NCBI GenBank assembly: GCA_048940645.1
Contig: JBHLOI010000004.1
Location: forward strand, 32,001-96,000
Length of the DNA stretch: 64,000 nucleotides
Origin: Promethearchaeota archaeon
Lineage (GTDB): Archaea; Asgardarchaeota; Lokiarchaeia; Sigyniarchaeales; SOKP01
Reading direction: 5' to 3'
The position numbers were made by a program, and so were the translations under genes. Below the pieces are notes generated by a model. That model was not told the origin of the DNA, made no database searches, and was given only the letters and a program-made list of their open reading frames with translations. Positions 39,763 to 50,614 of the stretch are shown in pieces; the first letter of the stretch is position 1, and each line of letters begins with the position of its first letter.

Positions 39763-41225
39763 TGGCTAAACTTGAAGAATTTAATGGATTTTTTAATCCT
39801 AAAACTGTTGCTTTCTATGGTGCTTCTAATGTAATGCAAAAGTTTGGAAGTTTACATCTTACAAACTTATTAGCTGCAGGGTTTCAAGGAAAAGTAATAC
39901 CAATTCATCCAAAAGGAGAGAAAATCTTAGGCTTTAAAGCATATAAAAATATAAAGGATGTGCCTGAAGATATTGATCTAGTTGTAATAGCTACTCGTCC
40001 TGATATAATTAATAATATTTTAGAAGATTGCGGTCAAAAAGGGGTAAAACATGCTATTATTGTATCAGGAGGTTTTTCAGAAATCGGAAATGAAGAAGAA
40101 CAAAAACGAATGAAGGAGATAGCTAAGAGATATGGAATTAAAATTATGGGTCCTAATTGTTCAGGAGAAGTAGTAGCTCCAAATATTAACATTACTCATG
40201 TTCCTTGGCCACCAAGAAAAGGGGGGGTTTCAATTATTTCACAATCGGGAACTTATGCGGTCCAACCTTTAATTGCGATAAGTACAAAGATAGGCGTAGG
40301 AATTTCTAAAATAATTTCAGTTGGAAATGAAGTTAATACAGACTTAGTTGATTATCTAGAAGTGCTAGAAGAAGATCAAGATACTACTTGTATTGGTTTA
40401 TATTTTGAAGCAGTTAGGCGAGGGAAAGAATTTATAGAATTAATTGAAAGAATAAATAATAAAAAACCAATTGTAATAATTCCAATAGGGCAAACTGAGG
40501 CAGGCACAAGATCCGCCAAATCTCATACTGCTGCTATTACATCTCCAGGCTATATTATTGATTCAATTTGCGAGCAAACAGGAGCAGTTAAGGTAAAAAA
40601 TAGTATAGAGATGCTAAACTTGTTAAATGCGTTTGATTCACTTCCTCTTCTAAAAGGAAATCGTGTAGCGATACTTACTATGGGGGGAGGACCTGGTACA
40701 TTAATGTCTGATTTATTTGAAAGTCATGGAATGAAAGTGCCTGTTTTAAGTGACGCATTACAAGAAAAAATTAAACCATGGCTCCCACCAACTGCGTCAA
40801 CAGTGAATCCTATTGACCTTACCTACAGTGATGATATGCAAAATTACCTGAATGTTGTACCAGAAATTCTTTTAAAAAGTGATGAGATCGATTCTTTAAT
40901 ATTTTATGGGCTGATGGGAAATCAATATTTTACTAATATACTTAAAGTTCCAGATTATATGAAGGATCTGGAAAGTGTAATTGCTTTGGAAAACTTTGGA
41001 GATATGATGGATGATTTTTTTATGGCTCTTTTCGATGAGCTTGTAGAATTTAAAGAAAAATATAATAAACCCATAATATTAACATGTTATAATACAAGAG
41101 AGGAAAAATTTGTAGCTTATTTACAAGATAATGGAATTCCAGTATATTATCCAGAAGAAGGAGTATGGGTTTTAATACTTATGTGGCAGTATTCAAATTT
41201 TATGCTTACTAAAATCAATACATAA
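39762..41225 (+). CDS. ADP-forming acyl-CoA synthetase alpha subunit
   Basis: GPNC, SQSG, SVGN, SHT phospho-His, NPIDL. Confidence 0.9.
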   Translation: MAKLEEFNGFFNPKTVAFYGASNVMQKFGSLHLTNLLAAGFQGKVIPIHPKGEKILGFKAYKNIKDVPEDIDLVVIATRPDIINNILEDCGQKGVKHAIIVSGGFSEIGNEEEQKRMKEIAKRYGIKIMGPNCSGEVVAPNINITHVPWPPRKGGVSIISQSGTYAVQPLIAISTKIGVGISKIISVGNEVNTDLVDYLEVLEEDQDTTCIGLYFEAVRRGKEFIELIERINNKKPIVIIPIGQTEAGTRSAKSHTAAITSPGYIIDSICEQTGAVKVKNSIEMLNLLNAFDSLPLLKGNRVAILTMGGGPGTLMSDLFESHGMKVPVLSDALQEKIKPWLPPTASTVNPIDLTYSDDMQNYLNVVPEILLKSDEIDSLIFYGLMGNQYFTNILKVPDYMKDLESVIALENFGDMMDDFFMALFDELVEFKEKYNKPIILTCYNTREEKFVAYLQDNGIPVYYPEEGVWVLILMWQYSNFMLTKINT

Positions 41226-41232
41226 TTTCTTT

Positions 41233-41451
41233 TTATGAGAAAAAATCCTTTAATAAACTAGATATTATATTATAGCTCTCATTTATTTTGCCATTTTTAT
41301 TATTTTCTAATTTTAATAAGAGAGTTTGATTTCCAGAACTTAATTTAATTGTTAATTTTTTTGTTTCATTAGATCTATTACCCCACATTTCTTCTAGTCT
41401 ATCGCAAAATTGGTCTTTTTTCTTTTCTTTTATTAAAGCTTCTTCTTTCAT
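41233..41451 (-). CDS. Small hypothetical protein
   Basis: 72 aa ORF filling an intergenic space; no motif. Confidence 0.45.
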   Translation of the reverse strand: MKEEALIKEKKKDQFCDRLEEMWGNRSNETKKLTIKLSSGNQTLLLKLENNKNGKINESYNIISSLLKDFFS

Positions 41452-41501
41452 AGTTTTCCTTTTGTCTATAGTATCTTTAATTCTAATACAAACTTTTTAA
41501 A

Positions 41502-42635
41502 GTGAACAAAAAATTACAATTAAAATATACAATATATTACTTGCCTATTGCAATTCAAATGCTATCTAATCTACCTACTAGTAATAAAAAAATATATACA
41601 AAAATTAATGAGAATATTATTTTAATTCATCAGGATTCAATGGCAACTATGAATTTTAATTCATGTAATTGTTATTTAATTCATATTAATGATAAAGAAT
41701 ATGCTATAATAGATCCTGGGTGTTCGAAAAGAAAATTAAATACAACTTTGAAACAAAATGAAATAAATTTCTCAGAAATTAAATATTTTTATATCACTCA
41801 TGGACATAGTGATCACATTGGATTAATTGATTATCTTCAAAAAAAGAATAGAAAAATTCAAGGATATATTCATAAGTTAGATAAACGATCCATTGAAAGT
41901 TCAATAGAATACTATAATATGCTCTTTGATATTTCTCTATTAAAAAAAAATAAAAGATACAAAGATTTCATTGATGCAATAAAATATTATACTACTCCTA
42001 ATTCTACGATTCCAATTAAACAGAGTTTTAAAATGATTTTTGATATTTGGAATGTTAAAAGTAGGAAAATTATCAATACATTTAGAGATGGTGAAATTTT
42101 ACCCGGAAATTTGAAAGTGATTCATGCTCCAGGGCATACTCCTGGAATGTGTATGCTATATAAAGAAGAAGATTATTTGCTTTTTTCTTCTGATATCCAT
42201 TTGAGTAGTATTGGACCAAGTTTCTCAGGTAATTATAGTAATATATCTGATTTTAAATTATCTATTAATAAGATTATAAACTTAGTAGAAACTGGATTAG
42301 TAAAAGTGATATTATCTGGACATGGTAAAAATCCCATAACTGAGAAATTAACGGAACGATTATTAAAATTCTATGAAGACATCACAGCTAAAGAAAATCA
42401 ATTATTGTTGATATTACAAGAAAAAGGAAACTTGACACTTGAACAAATTACAAAGAAAACATTTAAAGAATATATAAAAAGATTTGAAAAGTTTCTTCAT
42501 AGACCTGAATTACTCGAAACAATAGTTATTGCTGAAGCATCAGAAATGATGTCAAACTTAAATATATTAAAAGAGTTAGAAAGACTAGGAAAAGTATCAA
42601 AACTGATAAAACAAAATGAAGTCTATTGGAGTTAA
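41502..42635 (+). CDS. Metallo-beta-lactamase-fold hydrolase
   Basis: IDPG, THGHSDH, PGHTPG, SGHG. Confidence 0.88.
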   Translation: MNKKLQLKYTIYYLPIAIQMLSNLPTSNKKIYTKINENIILIHQDSMATMNFNSCNCYLIHINDKEYAIIDPGCSKRKLNTTLKQNEINFSEIKYFYITHGHSDHIGLIDYLQKKNRKIQGYIHKLDKRSIESSIEYYNMLFDISLLKKNKRYKDFIDAIKYYTTPNSTIPIKQSFKMIFDIWNVKSRKIINTFRDGEILPGNLKVIHAPGHTPGMCMLYKEEDYLLFSSDIHLSSIGPSFSGNYSNISDFKLSINKIINLVETGLVKVILSGHGKNPITEKLTERLLKFYEDITAKENQLLLILQEKGNLTLEQITKKTFKEYIKRFEKFLHRPELLETIVIAEASEMMSNLNILKELERLGKVSKLIKQNEVYWS

Positions 42636-42744
42636 ATTAACACTCTTTTGAGATTTTTGTCGCTCAGAACTCATATTCCGTTCTATCATCACGAAAAACA
42701 TTCTTTTAAATAAACTTTAACAATATACAATCAGAGATCTTATT

Positions 42745-42870
42745 AAGAAACGGAAGGATTCCATTAACTCGAGCTAAACATTGGATTTCGCCCTCTATTA
42801 AGCAGAAATGCTTAATTATTTCTAAACCTTATAATTTTTGCTCGAACTATGGATCCTTACGCTTTTTTTT
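42745..42870 (+). ncRNA. Candidate structured hairpin RNA of about 125 nt
   Basis: Nested stems 42754-64/42849-58, 42769-74/42840-45, 42797-804/42809-16 closing a GAAA loop; T8 tail; TATA at 42705-12. Confidence 0.45.
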
Positions 42871-42970
42871 ATAAAATTTAAGATTTATACAAATATAATT
42901 CCAAAAAAATTAAAAAATGCTAGATATTAGATATCCTAGAGTTAATTTAAAAATAAGATTCATTTTATTT

Positions 42971-43099
42971 ATGAAAAAGAAATGCAATAAGTGCGGAATG
43001 ATTAGATCTACTAAAGATTTAGTTAAATTTGAGGGCGGAGATTATATCTGCTTTTCATGTTGGAATAAATATCTTAGAGAGAAAAAACTAATTAACTGA
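42971..43099 (+). CDS. 42-aa zinc-finger microprotein
   Basis: CNKC...CFSC. Confidence 0.65.
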   Translation: MKKKCNKCGMIRSTKDLVKFEGGDYICFSCWNKYLREKKLIN

Positions 43100-43145
43100 T
43101 TTAACTCAAAATTTCTTGTTAATAAGGTTGGGTTCTAAATGCATA

Positions 43146-43361
43146 TTAATCATAAGAAACTAGGTAAGTGTATTTAGTTAAATCAAATTTCTTAATTTTT
43201 ATATCTTTTTTAGAATTTTTTCTTGGAATTAAAGGCATTTTAACTACAATCTTATAATCATCTAAATAGATATTATTGTAAAAGCAATTTTCAAACTTGT
43301 CCCAATCAATAAATTTACTTAGCATTAACTCATCCTTTTTTGTAGTTGGAAATAAAGACAT
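43146..43361 (-). CDS. Small hypothetical protein
   Basis: 71 aa ORF preceded by SD GGAGGT. Confidence 0.6.
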   Translation of the reverse strand: MSLFPTTKKDELMLSKFIDWDKFENCFYNNIYLDDYKIVVKMPLIPRKNSKKDIKIKKFDLTKYTYLVSYD

Positions 43362-43644
43362 TTCATACCTCCAAAATATTTTTGAAAATATGATTTAGTT
43401 TTATCAATTTTTTGCCTTTGATCGATTTCTCCGAAAATTACCCTTAAACCATTAAATCCTAATAAACTAATGGTATTAACTAAAAATCTCTGATAAATCT
43501 CTAAACGATTATAATATAAAAAACGACATATTTATAAGTTTCGACCGTTTGATTAAAAGAGTTGTTGAACAAAAGCTTTACTTTTAATTTAAGATAATAG
43601 AAAAGGAATTATAAAAAGAAGTTTTTAAAACAAGTATGTAAAAG

Positions 43645-44742
43645 TTAGAAATCTTGGTAAAATTCCCTAAAATCTTCGATTTCTTTTTTTATTTCCTCAA
43701 TATTTTTAATATCTTCTACTTCAGGATAAGGTATCTCTTTAAATAGATCGACTACAGGAAGATTAAGCCTCCTTCGTGCTTTTTTTTCTAATTTAGCAAA
43801 TGGAATTTTAGTTTTGAAGAATTTATATAACTTAAATTTAATTTTACTCAATTTGCCCTCCCATTCTTTAGCAAACTCACCACTTTCAATGTTTTCAAGT
43901 ACTTCTTTTTGAAGCTCTTTTATATTTTTAGATACTTTTCGAAATTTAATCGCACGACTTATTGATCCATATTGGGATGTTTGAGAATGGTAATTCATTT
44001 GATTAATCAAACCAACTTCTGTCATTTTCTCATAGGTGTAACTCATTTCTCCAGAGTAAACTAACTCTACAAATACTGCTTCTGGGGGATATCCTTTTCC
44101 TACTAGCGTATTAATAGAATTCATTAAAATTTGACCAAAACCAGGACCATATGCTTGTTCTGTAAAAAGATCGAGAACCGCTTCTTGTTTGAAACTAGTT
44201 TCAATTCCTGCTTTACTAAGAGCACCAACTCCCTTTGCTAAAGCTAATAAAATTTCTTTAGCCATACCCGAAGCATCTTGATGCACTCCTATAAAGCTAA
44301 AATATCCTTTTTTATTTAAAAATCGTTCTCTAACCCCGATCCCTATCATTCTTGGAGCAATTAATAAAATATCTATGTTTTTTGGAGGCTTTATCAAGTC
44401 AAAAGCAATATTATAACCACTTGCAAAGATTATTGCTTGCTTTTCTTTAAGGTTTGGCAGAATTTCATTTTTATAGACATCTTTCATAATTTCATCAGGA
44501 ATTAGAAAAAATAAGTAATCTGCAAGTTTTACAGTTTCTGCGATTGAATAAGCATCAAATCGATCATTTTCTGCTCTTTTCTTATAATCGTCATCTATGT
44601 TACCAACAATTACTTTCAATCCAGCATCTCTCATGTTCAATGCTTGTGATCTTCCTTGATTTCCATATCCAATCATTCCTATAACTTTTCCGTCTAAGAA
44701 TGATAAATTTCCATCATTTTCATAATAGATTTCTTGTGACAT
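43645..44742 (-). CDS. ilvC: Ketol-acid reductoisomerase-like protein (divergent)
   Basis: IGYGNQGRSQALNMRD, LIPDE, APR, DLFTEQ, SQYG. Confidence 0.82.
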   Translation of the reverse strand: MSQEIYYENDGNLSFLDGKVIGMIGYGNQGRSQALNMRDAGLKVIVGNIDDDYKKRAENDRFDAYSIAETVKLADYLFFLIPDEIMKDVYKNEILPNLKEKQAIIFASGYNIAFDLIKPPKNIDILLIAPRMIGIGVRERFLNKKGYFSFIGVHQDASGMAKEILLALAKGVGALSKAGIETSFKQEAVLDLFTEQAYGPGFGQILMNSINTLVGKGYPPEAVFVELVYSGEMSYTYEKMTEVGLINQMNYHSQTSQYGSISRAIKFRKVSKNIKELQKEVLENIESGEFAKEWEGKLSKIKFKLYKFFKTKIPFAKLEKKARRRLNLPVVDLFKEIPYPEVEDIKNIEEIKKEIEDFREFYQDF

Positions 44743-45066
44743 AAAAATTACATCATATAATATTTAATTCATTTAATATTAATTCAATCTTAAAATGTAA
44801 GATTTTTAAGAACAAATAAAAATCTCTAATTTTATCTAAAATTAAGTTTTGGACAATTAAATAAAAATAAAGCTTTATATAAATTAAAATCTAAATTTAA
44901 ATCAAGAAAAGTCAAATTTGGTAAGTGAGTTTCAAAATTAAGCGTCAATTTCATAAAAATTTTTAATTATATAATCATTTAAAATTTTGAAATATTTAAA
45001 ACAATATTTTTTAATTTTAAATTATAAATCTAAATAAAATTCAAAAATAAAAGATATACGTTATTT

Positions 45067-47031
45067 ATGTCTTACGGATTTTTTGGTAAAATATTATGGA
45101 TAAATTTATCTAATGGTAAATTTGAAGAAGAAAGTTTACCAGATAAATTGTATCATCAGTATTTGGGAGGCTATGGTTTAGGTTGTAAAATATTATATGA
45201 TAATATAGAACCTCGAATTGATCCTCTAAGCTCTGAATCAATTCTTGGATTTTTCCCAGGAATACTTACAAGTACAGCCGCTCCTTTATCTGGAAGATAT
45301 ATGATTGTAGGTAAATCCCCTTTAACCGGAACCTGGGGTGATGCTAATAGTGGTGGAATATTCGGACCTGAGATAAAGAAGTGTGGCTATGATGCGATCT
45401 TGGTAAAGGGAATTGCTCAAAATCCAGTATATATATCAATTTTTAATGGCAGTAAAGAAATTTTAGATGCTTCGGATTTGTGGGGATTAGATTTTGTCAA
45501 GACGGAACAATTTCTAAAAGAAAGATATGGTAAATTTGCTAAAGTAGCAGGAATAGGACAAGCAGGTGAAAAATTATCTAAAATATCTGGAATTGCAAAT
45601 GATAAGGGCCGAATTGCAGCTAGATCAGGTTTAGGGGCGATAATGGGATCGAAAAATCTCAAAGCACTTGTTTTAAAAGGAAATCATAGCTTGAATATCT
45701 ATGATAAAGAGCAGTTCATGAATTTAATTAAAAATTATAATAGAATGGGAGTCAAAAAGGAACCAGGAAAGCTGATTAAAGCTATTTTAAATAAAGTTCC
45801 TAATTTCGCTAAATTAATACGGAGATTTAGAATAAAATTTTCAGGTCCAGCAGGAATGATTAGACATATCTATCGAAAATTTGGAACTAGTATTGGAAAT
45901 ACTCTTGCTGCAGAAACAGGTGATTCTCCTGTTAAAAATTGGTCTGGAATTGGCATGTATGATTTCCCATTCTCAAAATCAAAAAACATTTCTACGCTTA
46001 TTATCCATGATTATAAAATTGGAGATTATGGGTGTTTTAGTTGTCCCATTCAGTGTGGAGCAATTTTAAAAGTCCCAGAACTAAATTTAGAAGAAACACT
46101 TCTACCCGAGTATGAGACTTGCTGCTCATTTGGAACGCTTCTGGTAAATGATGATTTAATGTCAATATTGGAGATTAATGATTTGTGCAACCGTGCAGCA
46201 ATTGACACTATTTCAACAGGGGCCACTATTGCTTTTGCTATTGAATGCTTTGAAAATGGAATTTTAAGTTTAGAAGATACTAATGGTTTAGAATTAAAAT
46301 GGGGAAATTCAAAAGCTATAGTTGAGTTAGTAAAAAAAATTATTAATCGGGAAGGAATAGGAGATCTTTTAGCTGATGGTTGTAATATTGCAGCAAAAAA
46401 AATAGGGAAAGAGAGCCAAAAATATGCTATGACTTCCCTTGGTTCTGAAGTTGCTATGCATAATCCGAGAACATTTCGTTCCTTAGCTTTTACATACAAT
46501 TTTGACCCAACTCCTGGTAGGCATACAGCAGCAAGTGTAGATTTTATTGATATTGGCCCGATTGATAAATTCCAAAAGGGATTTAAATTACCAAGAGGTT
46601 GGAGCAAAAGTGATAAGATTAAGCAAAAGGCTCAGAGATTAACAACGTGTTTTCATCAAACTTTATGTAGTGCAGGTCTATGTATATTTTCAACTCTATT
46701 TGGATCATATCCCTTCATGGATCTTATCAATTCCTTAACAGGTTGGAATCTAAATATAGATAATATTATTGAAATTGGACAGAGAATTCAAACTTTAAGG
46801 CAGACTTTTACATTACGAGAGGGTATAGAAATCAGTAGAAATGAATTGCCCGGTAGAATTACTGGACATCCCCCTGATCAAAAAGGGCCTGCTAAAGGTC
46901 TATCTGTTGAGTATAAAGAGTTCTATAAAGGATATTGTACTGAAATGGGATGGAATCCAGAAAATGGGTATCCATTGGAAAAAACTCTAAAAGATCTTGA
47001 TTTGAATTTTGTTATCAAGGATTTATATTAA
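45067..47031 (+). CDS. aor: Tungsten aldehyde:ferredoxin oxidoreductase family protein
   Basis: KSPLTG, GSKNLKA, CFSCPIQC, PEYET, DTISTG. Confidence 0.9.
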   Translation: MSYGFFGKILWINLSNGKFEEESLPDKLYHQYLGGYGLGCKILYDNIEPRIDPLSSESILGFFPGILTSTAAPLSGRYMIVGKSPLTGTWGDANSGGIFGPEIKKCGYDAILVKGIAQNPVYISIFNGSKEILDASDLWGLDFVKTEQFLKERYGKFAKVAGIGQAGEKLSKISGIANDKGRIAARSGLGAIMGSKNLKALVLKGNHSLNIYDKEQFMNLIKNYNRMGVKKEPGKLIKAILNKVPNFAKLIRRFRIKFSGPAGMIRHIYRKFGTSIGNTLAAETGDSPVKNWSGIGMYDFPFSKSKNISTLIIHDYKIGDYGCFSCPIQCGAILKVPELNLEETLLPEYETCCSFGTLLVNDDLMSILEINDLCNRAAIDTISTGATIAFAIECFENGILSLEDTNGLELKWGNSKAIVELVKKIINREGIGDLLADGCNIAAKKIGKESQKYAMTSLGSEVAMHNPRTFRSLAFTYNFDPTPGRHTAASVDFIDIGPIDKFQKGFKLPRGWSKSDKIKQKAQRLTTCFHQTLCSAGLCIFSTLFGSYPFMDLINSLTGWNLNIDNIIEIGQRIQTLRQTFTLREGIEISRNELPGRITGHPPDQKGPAKGLSVEYKEFYKGYCTEMGWNPENGYPLEKTLKDLDLNFVIKDLY

Positions 47032-47089
47032 ATCTTAATTTTTCTATTATTAATCTTCATTAAAAAAATACCTATAGAGTTAGATTAAT

Positions 47090-47572
47090 TTGAAAGATGA
47101 ATCATCATCTAATATTGAATTTTTAGAATCATTTCTTAAAACTGAAATAATTAAAAAAGCTAAAGAATTAAAAGCTAGATATCCTTCTATTTCGGAAATA
47201 GCAGATGGAAAGCCAAAAATTCTAAAAATTAAAAATTTTTATGAAATGAAAGATGAATTTAAAAACTATTATCTTATTAAAGTCAAGAATTATAACAGCG
47301 ATCCAAAATTTAGACATTTTTTAGCAATAATTTTAGCGTCTCAAAGCTCTGACTTCTTAGCGTCAATAGCAAAAGAGGCTATAAAAGAGATTGGTAATAT
47401 AAAATTAATTCAATTCTCAATTTACCCAAAAAACTTTAGAATAAGTTTATTATCATTAAAAGAAATTCGAAACAAAGATGATTTTTTGAAATCAGTTAAA
47501 CTCTTGAAAGATTTAAGAATAAATTTTAAAAAAAAATTAGATAAGATAAAAAATCTAATAGAAAATAAATAA
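47090..47572 (+). CDS. Hypothetical protein
   Basis: 160 aa ORF between aor and pyk; no motif. Confidence 0.6.
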   Translation: MKDESSSNIEFLESFLKTEIIKKAKELKARYPSISEIADGKPKILKIKNFYEMKDEFKNYYLIKVKNYNSDPKFRHFLAIILASQSSDFLASIAKEAIKEIGNIKLIQFSIYPKNFRISLLSLKEIRNKDDFLKSVKLLKDLRINFKKKLDKIKNLIENK

Positions 47573-47610
47573 TTTTTAAAGAGAAAAGAAATAATATTAA
47601 ATTGATTTAG

Positions 47611-49077
47611 ATGTCTTTTCGTGAAAATACTATTAAGATAATAGCTACTCTAGGTCCAGCTTCAAATTCCAAGAATATGATTAAGAGTTTAATAGATGCC
47701 GGGGTAGATATCTTCAGATTAAATTTTTCTCATGGAACGCATGATGAGAAAAGAGAAATAGTTGAAAAAATTAGGGGAATTGATAATTATGTAGGAATTT
47801 TAGCGGATATTCAAGGACCAAAAATAAGGGTTGGCAAATTCAAAAATGATGAGGCATATAATTTAAATGTAGGTCAAGAGGTAAAAATTTACGAGACCGA
47901 AATAGATGGTGGAGGAGACCAAACTAGATTTTCCGTGCCCTTAGTTGGATTTCTAAAATCTATGAAGAAAGGAGACTTTTTTTACGTTAATGATGGGATT
48001 ATTAAGATCAAAGTAAAAAGTAAAGAAAAGGATCATTTCGTAGGTGAAATAATTGCAGGTGGCTTAATAAGCAACAATAAAGGAGTAAATATACCCCGTG
48101 GTGAATTAGAAACGAGAGTTCCCACCGAAAAGGATATAAAGGATCTTGAATTTATCTCTCAACTAAATCCAGAATTTGTGGCAATTTCTTTTGTTTCTGG
48201 AGGAGATGATGTACTAACTGTAAAGAAACTTCTTGAAAATTATGGTAATAATGAAATAAAATTAATTTCAAAAATAGAACGACCAGTTGCATTAGATAAT
48301 TTTGATCAAATATTAGAAGTTTCTGATGGAATAATGGTAGCTAGAGGAGATCTAGGCGTAGAAATATCTCCAGATCAAGTTCCTATTAAACAAAAAGAGC
48401 TTATTTATAAATGTAATAAAGAGGGAAAGCCTGTTATTGTAGCTACCCAAATGTTAGAATCAATGATAAACACTCCTGTTCCAACTCGTGCTGAGGCTAA
48501 TGACATTTATAATGCTGTAATAGATGGAACTGATGCGGTAATGCTCTCTGCTGAAACTGCTGTTGGTAAGTTTCCTATAAACTCTGTTGAATATATGAAT
48601 AAAATCGCTACTACAGCTAGCCAACACACTCCTTTAAGATCACCCGATGATTATGACTCTGATCGATTGACACATACTCAAACTCTTGGCCATGCAATCC
48701 ATGCATTAGCTAAAGAAATGGAAGAATTAAATTTTCGAGGAAAAATCTTAGTAATAACTCGACGAGGTTATGGTGCACGAATGATTTCAAAATTCCGTCC
48801 ACCATTACCGATAATTGCGATGACACCATTTAAAAAAACTGCGAGAGAATTACGCTTAGTTTGGGGTGTCCAACCAATCCATATTGAAAACATAGATTTT
48901 TTCAATTTAGATGTAGAAAGCTTAATAGAACAATCTGTTAAGTATGGAGTTGAAATTGGAAACTTAGATGAAAATGAACATGTAATTATCTTATTAGTTT
49001 CAAGAAAATTTCAAAATAGAGGAAATTTAGTAGGTCTTTATTATATAGGAGAAATTCTCGAACCTAACTCAGATTAA
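47611..49077 (+). CDS. pyk: Pyruvate kinase
   Basis: ATLGPAS, RLNFSHG, SKIE, MVARGDLGVE, ATQMLESM. Confidence 0.96.
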   Translation: MSFRENTIKIIATLGPASNSKNMIKSLIDAGVDIFRLNFSHGTHDEKREIVEKIRGIDNYVGILADIQGPKIRVGKFKNDEAYNLNVGQEVKIYETEIDGGGDQTRFSVPLVGFLKSMKKGDFFYVNDGIIKIKVKSKEKDHFVGEIIAGGLISNNKGVNIPRGELETRVPTEKDIKDLEFISQLNPEFVAISFVSGGDDVLTVKKLLENYGNNEIKLISKIERPVALDNFDQILEVSDGIMVARGDLGVEISPDQVPIKQKELIYKCNKEGKPVIVATQMLESMINTPVPTRAEANDIYNAVIDGTDAVMLSAETAVGKFPINSVEYMNKIATTASQHTPLRSPDDYDSDRLTHTQTLGHAIHALAKEMEELNFRGKILVITRRGYGARMISKFRPPLPIIAMTPFKKTARELRLVWGVQPIHIENIDFFNLDVESLIEQSVKYGVEIGNLDENEHVIILLVSRKFQNRGNLVGLYYIGEILEPNSD

Positions 49078-49232
49078 AGATATTAATAAATTTTTTTTAT
49101 TTGGCTTCATAAAAATATTATATTTTTTCTCATTAACAAATTAAGACTTTAAGTATAAGTGAAAACTTAAAATATAAAAAACCTAAATATTATTTAAAAT
49201 CAATTTAAAATAGAAAATGAAGGATTGAGGTA

Positions 49233-49688
49233 ATGAATGATATGGGAGAATCAACTGGTTGGAAACATGAATCACTTGCCTCTGGTATGGGTAAATGGGC
49301 TTGGATTGTTGTACTTATAAACGGAATATTAGAAATTATCTGGTGGCTATGGAGTTTAATTCCTATTATACAGTGGAACATCGCATTTCCAAGTTATCGT
49401 ATATCAATGTTTAGGCAAGTTTGGTGGATAATCTGGGGAGTATTATTAATTATTTTGGCAGTAGCAATTATTAAACCAAAGTTTTCAGATAAATGTGCTG
49501 CAAAGGATTGGGATGCTTTATATGAATGGATACTACCTCTTGGGAAACTTAGAGTGCCGTGGATGCTAATATGGGGAATCATCGTTGAGATCTTTGGTTT
49601 TTGGGGATGGGCAGGTATACTAATTATTGTTCCAGCATGTTTGCTATTATTTGCTGGTCCAAAGAAGTTTAATTGGAAAACAGAATAG
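49233..49688 (+). CDS. Trp-rich membrane protein
   Basis: 3-4 TM segments. Confidence 0.7.
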   Translation: MNDMGESTGWKHESLASGMGKWAWIVVLINGILEIIWWLWSLIPIIQWNIAFPSYRISMFRQVWWIIWGVLLIILAVAIIKPKFSDKCAAKDWDALYEWILPLGKLRVPWMLIWGIIVEIFGFWGWAGILIIVPACLLLFAGPKKFNWKTE

Positions 49689-49780
49689 TAAATTTTTTTA
49701 AACCTTTTTTTTTATTTCTAATCACTATAATTGTTCTGAATAAAGAAAGGCTTATATTTATGTGAATTTAATTTTATTTC

Positions 49781-50614
49781 ATGAATTTTGAACATTTAAT
49801 TTATGAAGAAAAAGAACAAGTAGCATATATAACTCTAAATCGACCTAAAGTTTTGAATGCCTTAAGTATCAAACTTTCTGACGAAATTGTAAATATAATT
49901 GAACTAGTGCGTCAATCTACCAAAATAAAATTTTTAGTAATTAAAGGAGCTGGAAACAATTTTTGTGTAGGTGATGACATTACTGAAATGATGAAATGGG
50001 GTGATGCAAATGATATTACTAGAAGAGCTAGGTATTATCAAAATATGGCGAATCAACTTGAGGAATTAGATAAAATTACAATTTGCGCTGTAGATGGATA
50101 TGCTGTTGGTGGTGGTTTAGAAATAACTATGGCTTGTGATTTTGTTATTGCCACAGAGCGAGCTAAATGGGGAATGCCTGAGGTAGATGTAGGAATCACT
50201 CCAGGTTGGGGTGGAACTACTAGACTTGCACGTTTAATCGGAAGACGTAGGGCAAAAGAAATAAACCTTATTGGAGCTTTACATACTGCAAAACGTGCTG
50301 TCGAGTGGAATCTCTGGAATCGAGTAGTTCCAAATGATAAACTTGATGCTGAAGTAGATAAATTACTAGATGTGCTTAAATCTAAAAATCAACAGGGATT
50401 AAGGCAATTAAAGTTTATAATAAACCGAGGAGTTGAGTGTGACCTTTATACTGCTCAAGGATTTGAAGCTTTATCAGCCGCCCTTACTGGTGCTGTAAGC
50501 GGTATGTGGAAAATAAAAGATGCAGACCAAGGTTTGGGGATTTTGGCTTTCTCTAAAAAAAATGAATTATGGGAAAAAAGAAGAAGTTTAGCGAGACATT
50601 TTTGGGTTGACTAA
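49781..50614 (+). CDS. Enoyl-CoA hydratase/isomerase family protein
   Basis: FCVGDD, GGGLE, GMPE, PGWGGT. Confidence 0.9.
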   Translation: MNFEHLIYEEKEQVAYITLNRPKVLNALSIKLSDEIVNIIELVRQSTKIKFLVIKGAGNNFCVGDDITEMMKWGDANDITRRARYYQNMANQLEELDKITICAVDGYAVGGGLEITMACDFVIATERAKWGMPEVDVGITPGWGGTTRLARLIGRRRAKEINLIGALHTAKRAVEWNLWNRVVPNDKLDAEVDKLLDVLKSKNQQGLRQLKFIINRGVECDLYTAQGFEALSAALTGAVSGMWKIKDADQGLGILAFSKKNELWEKRRSLARHFWVD

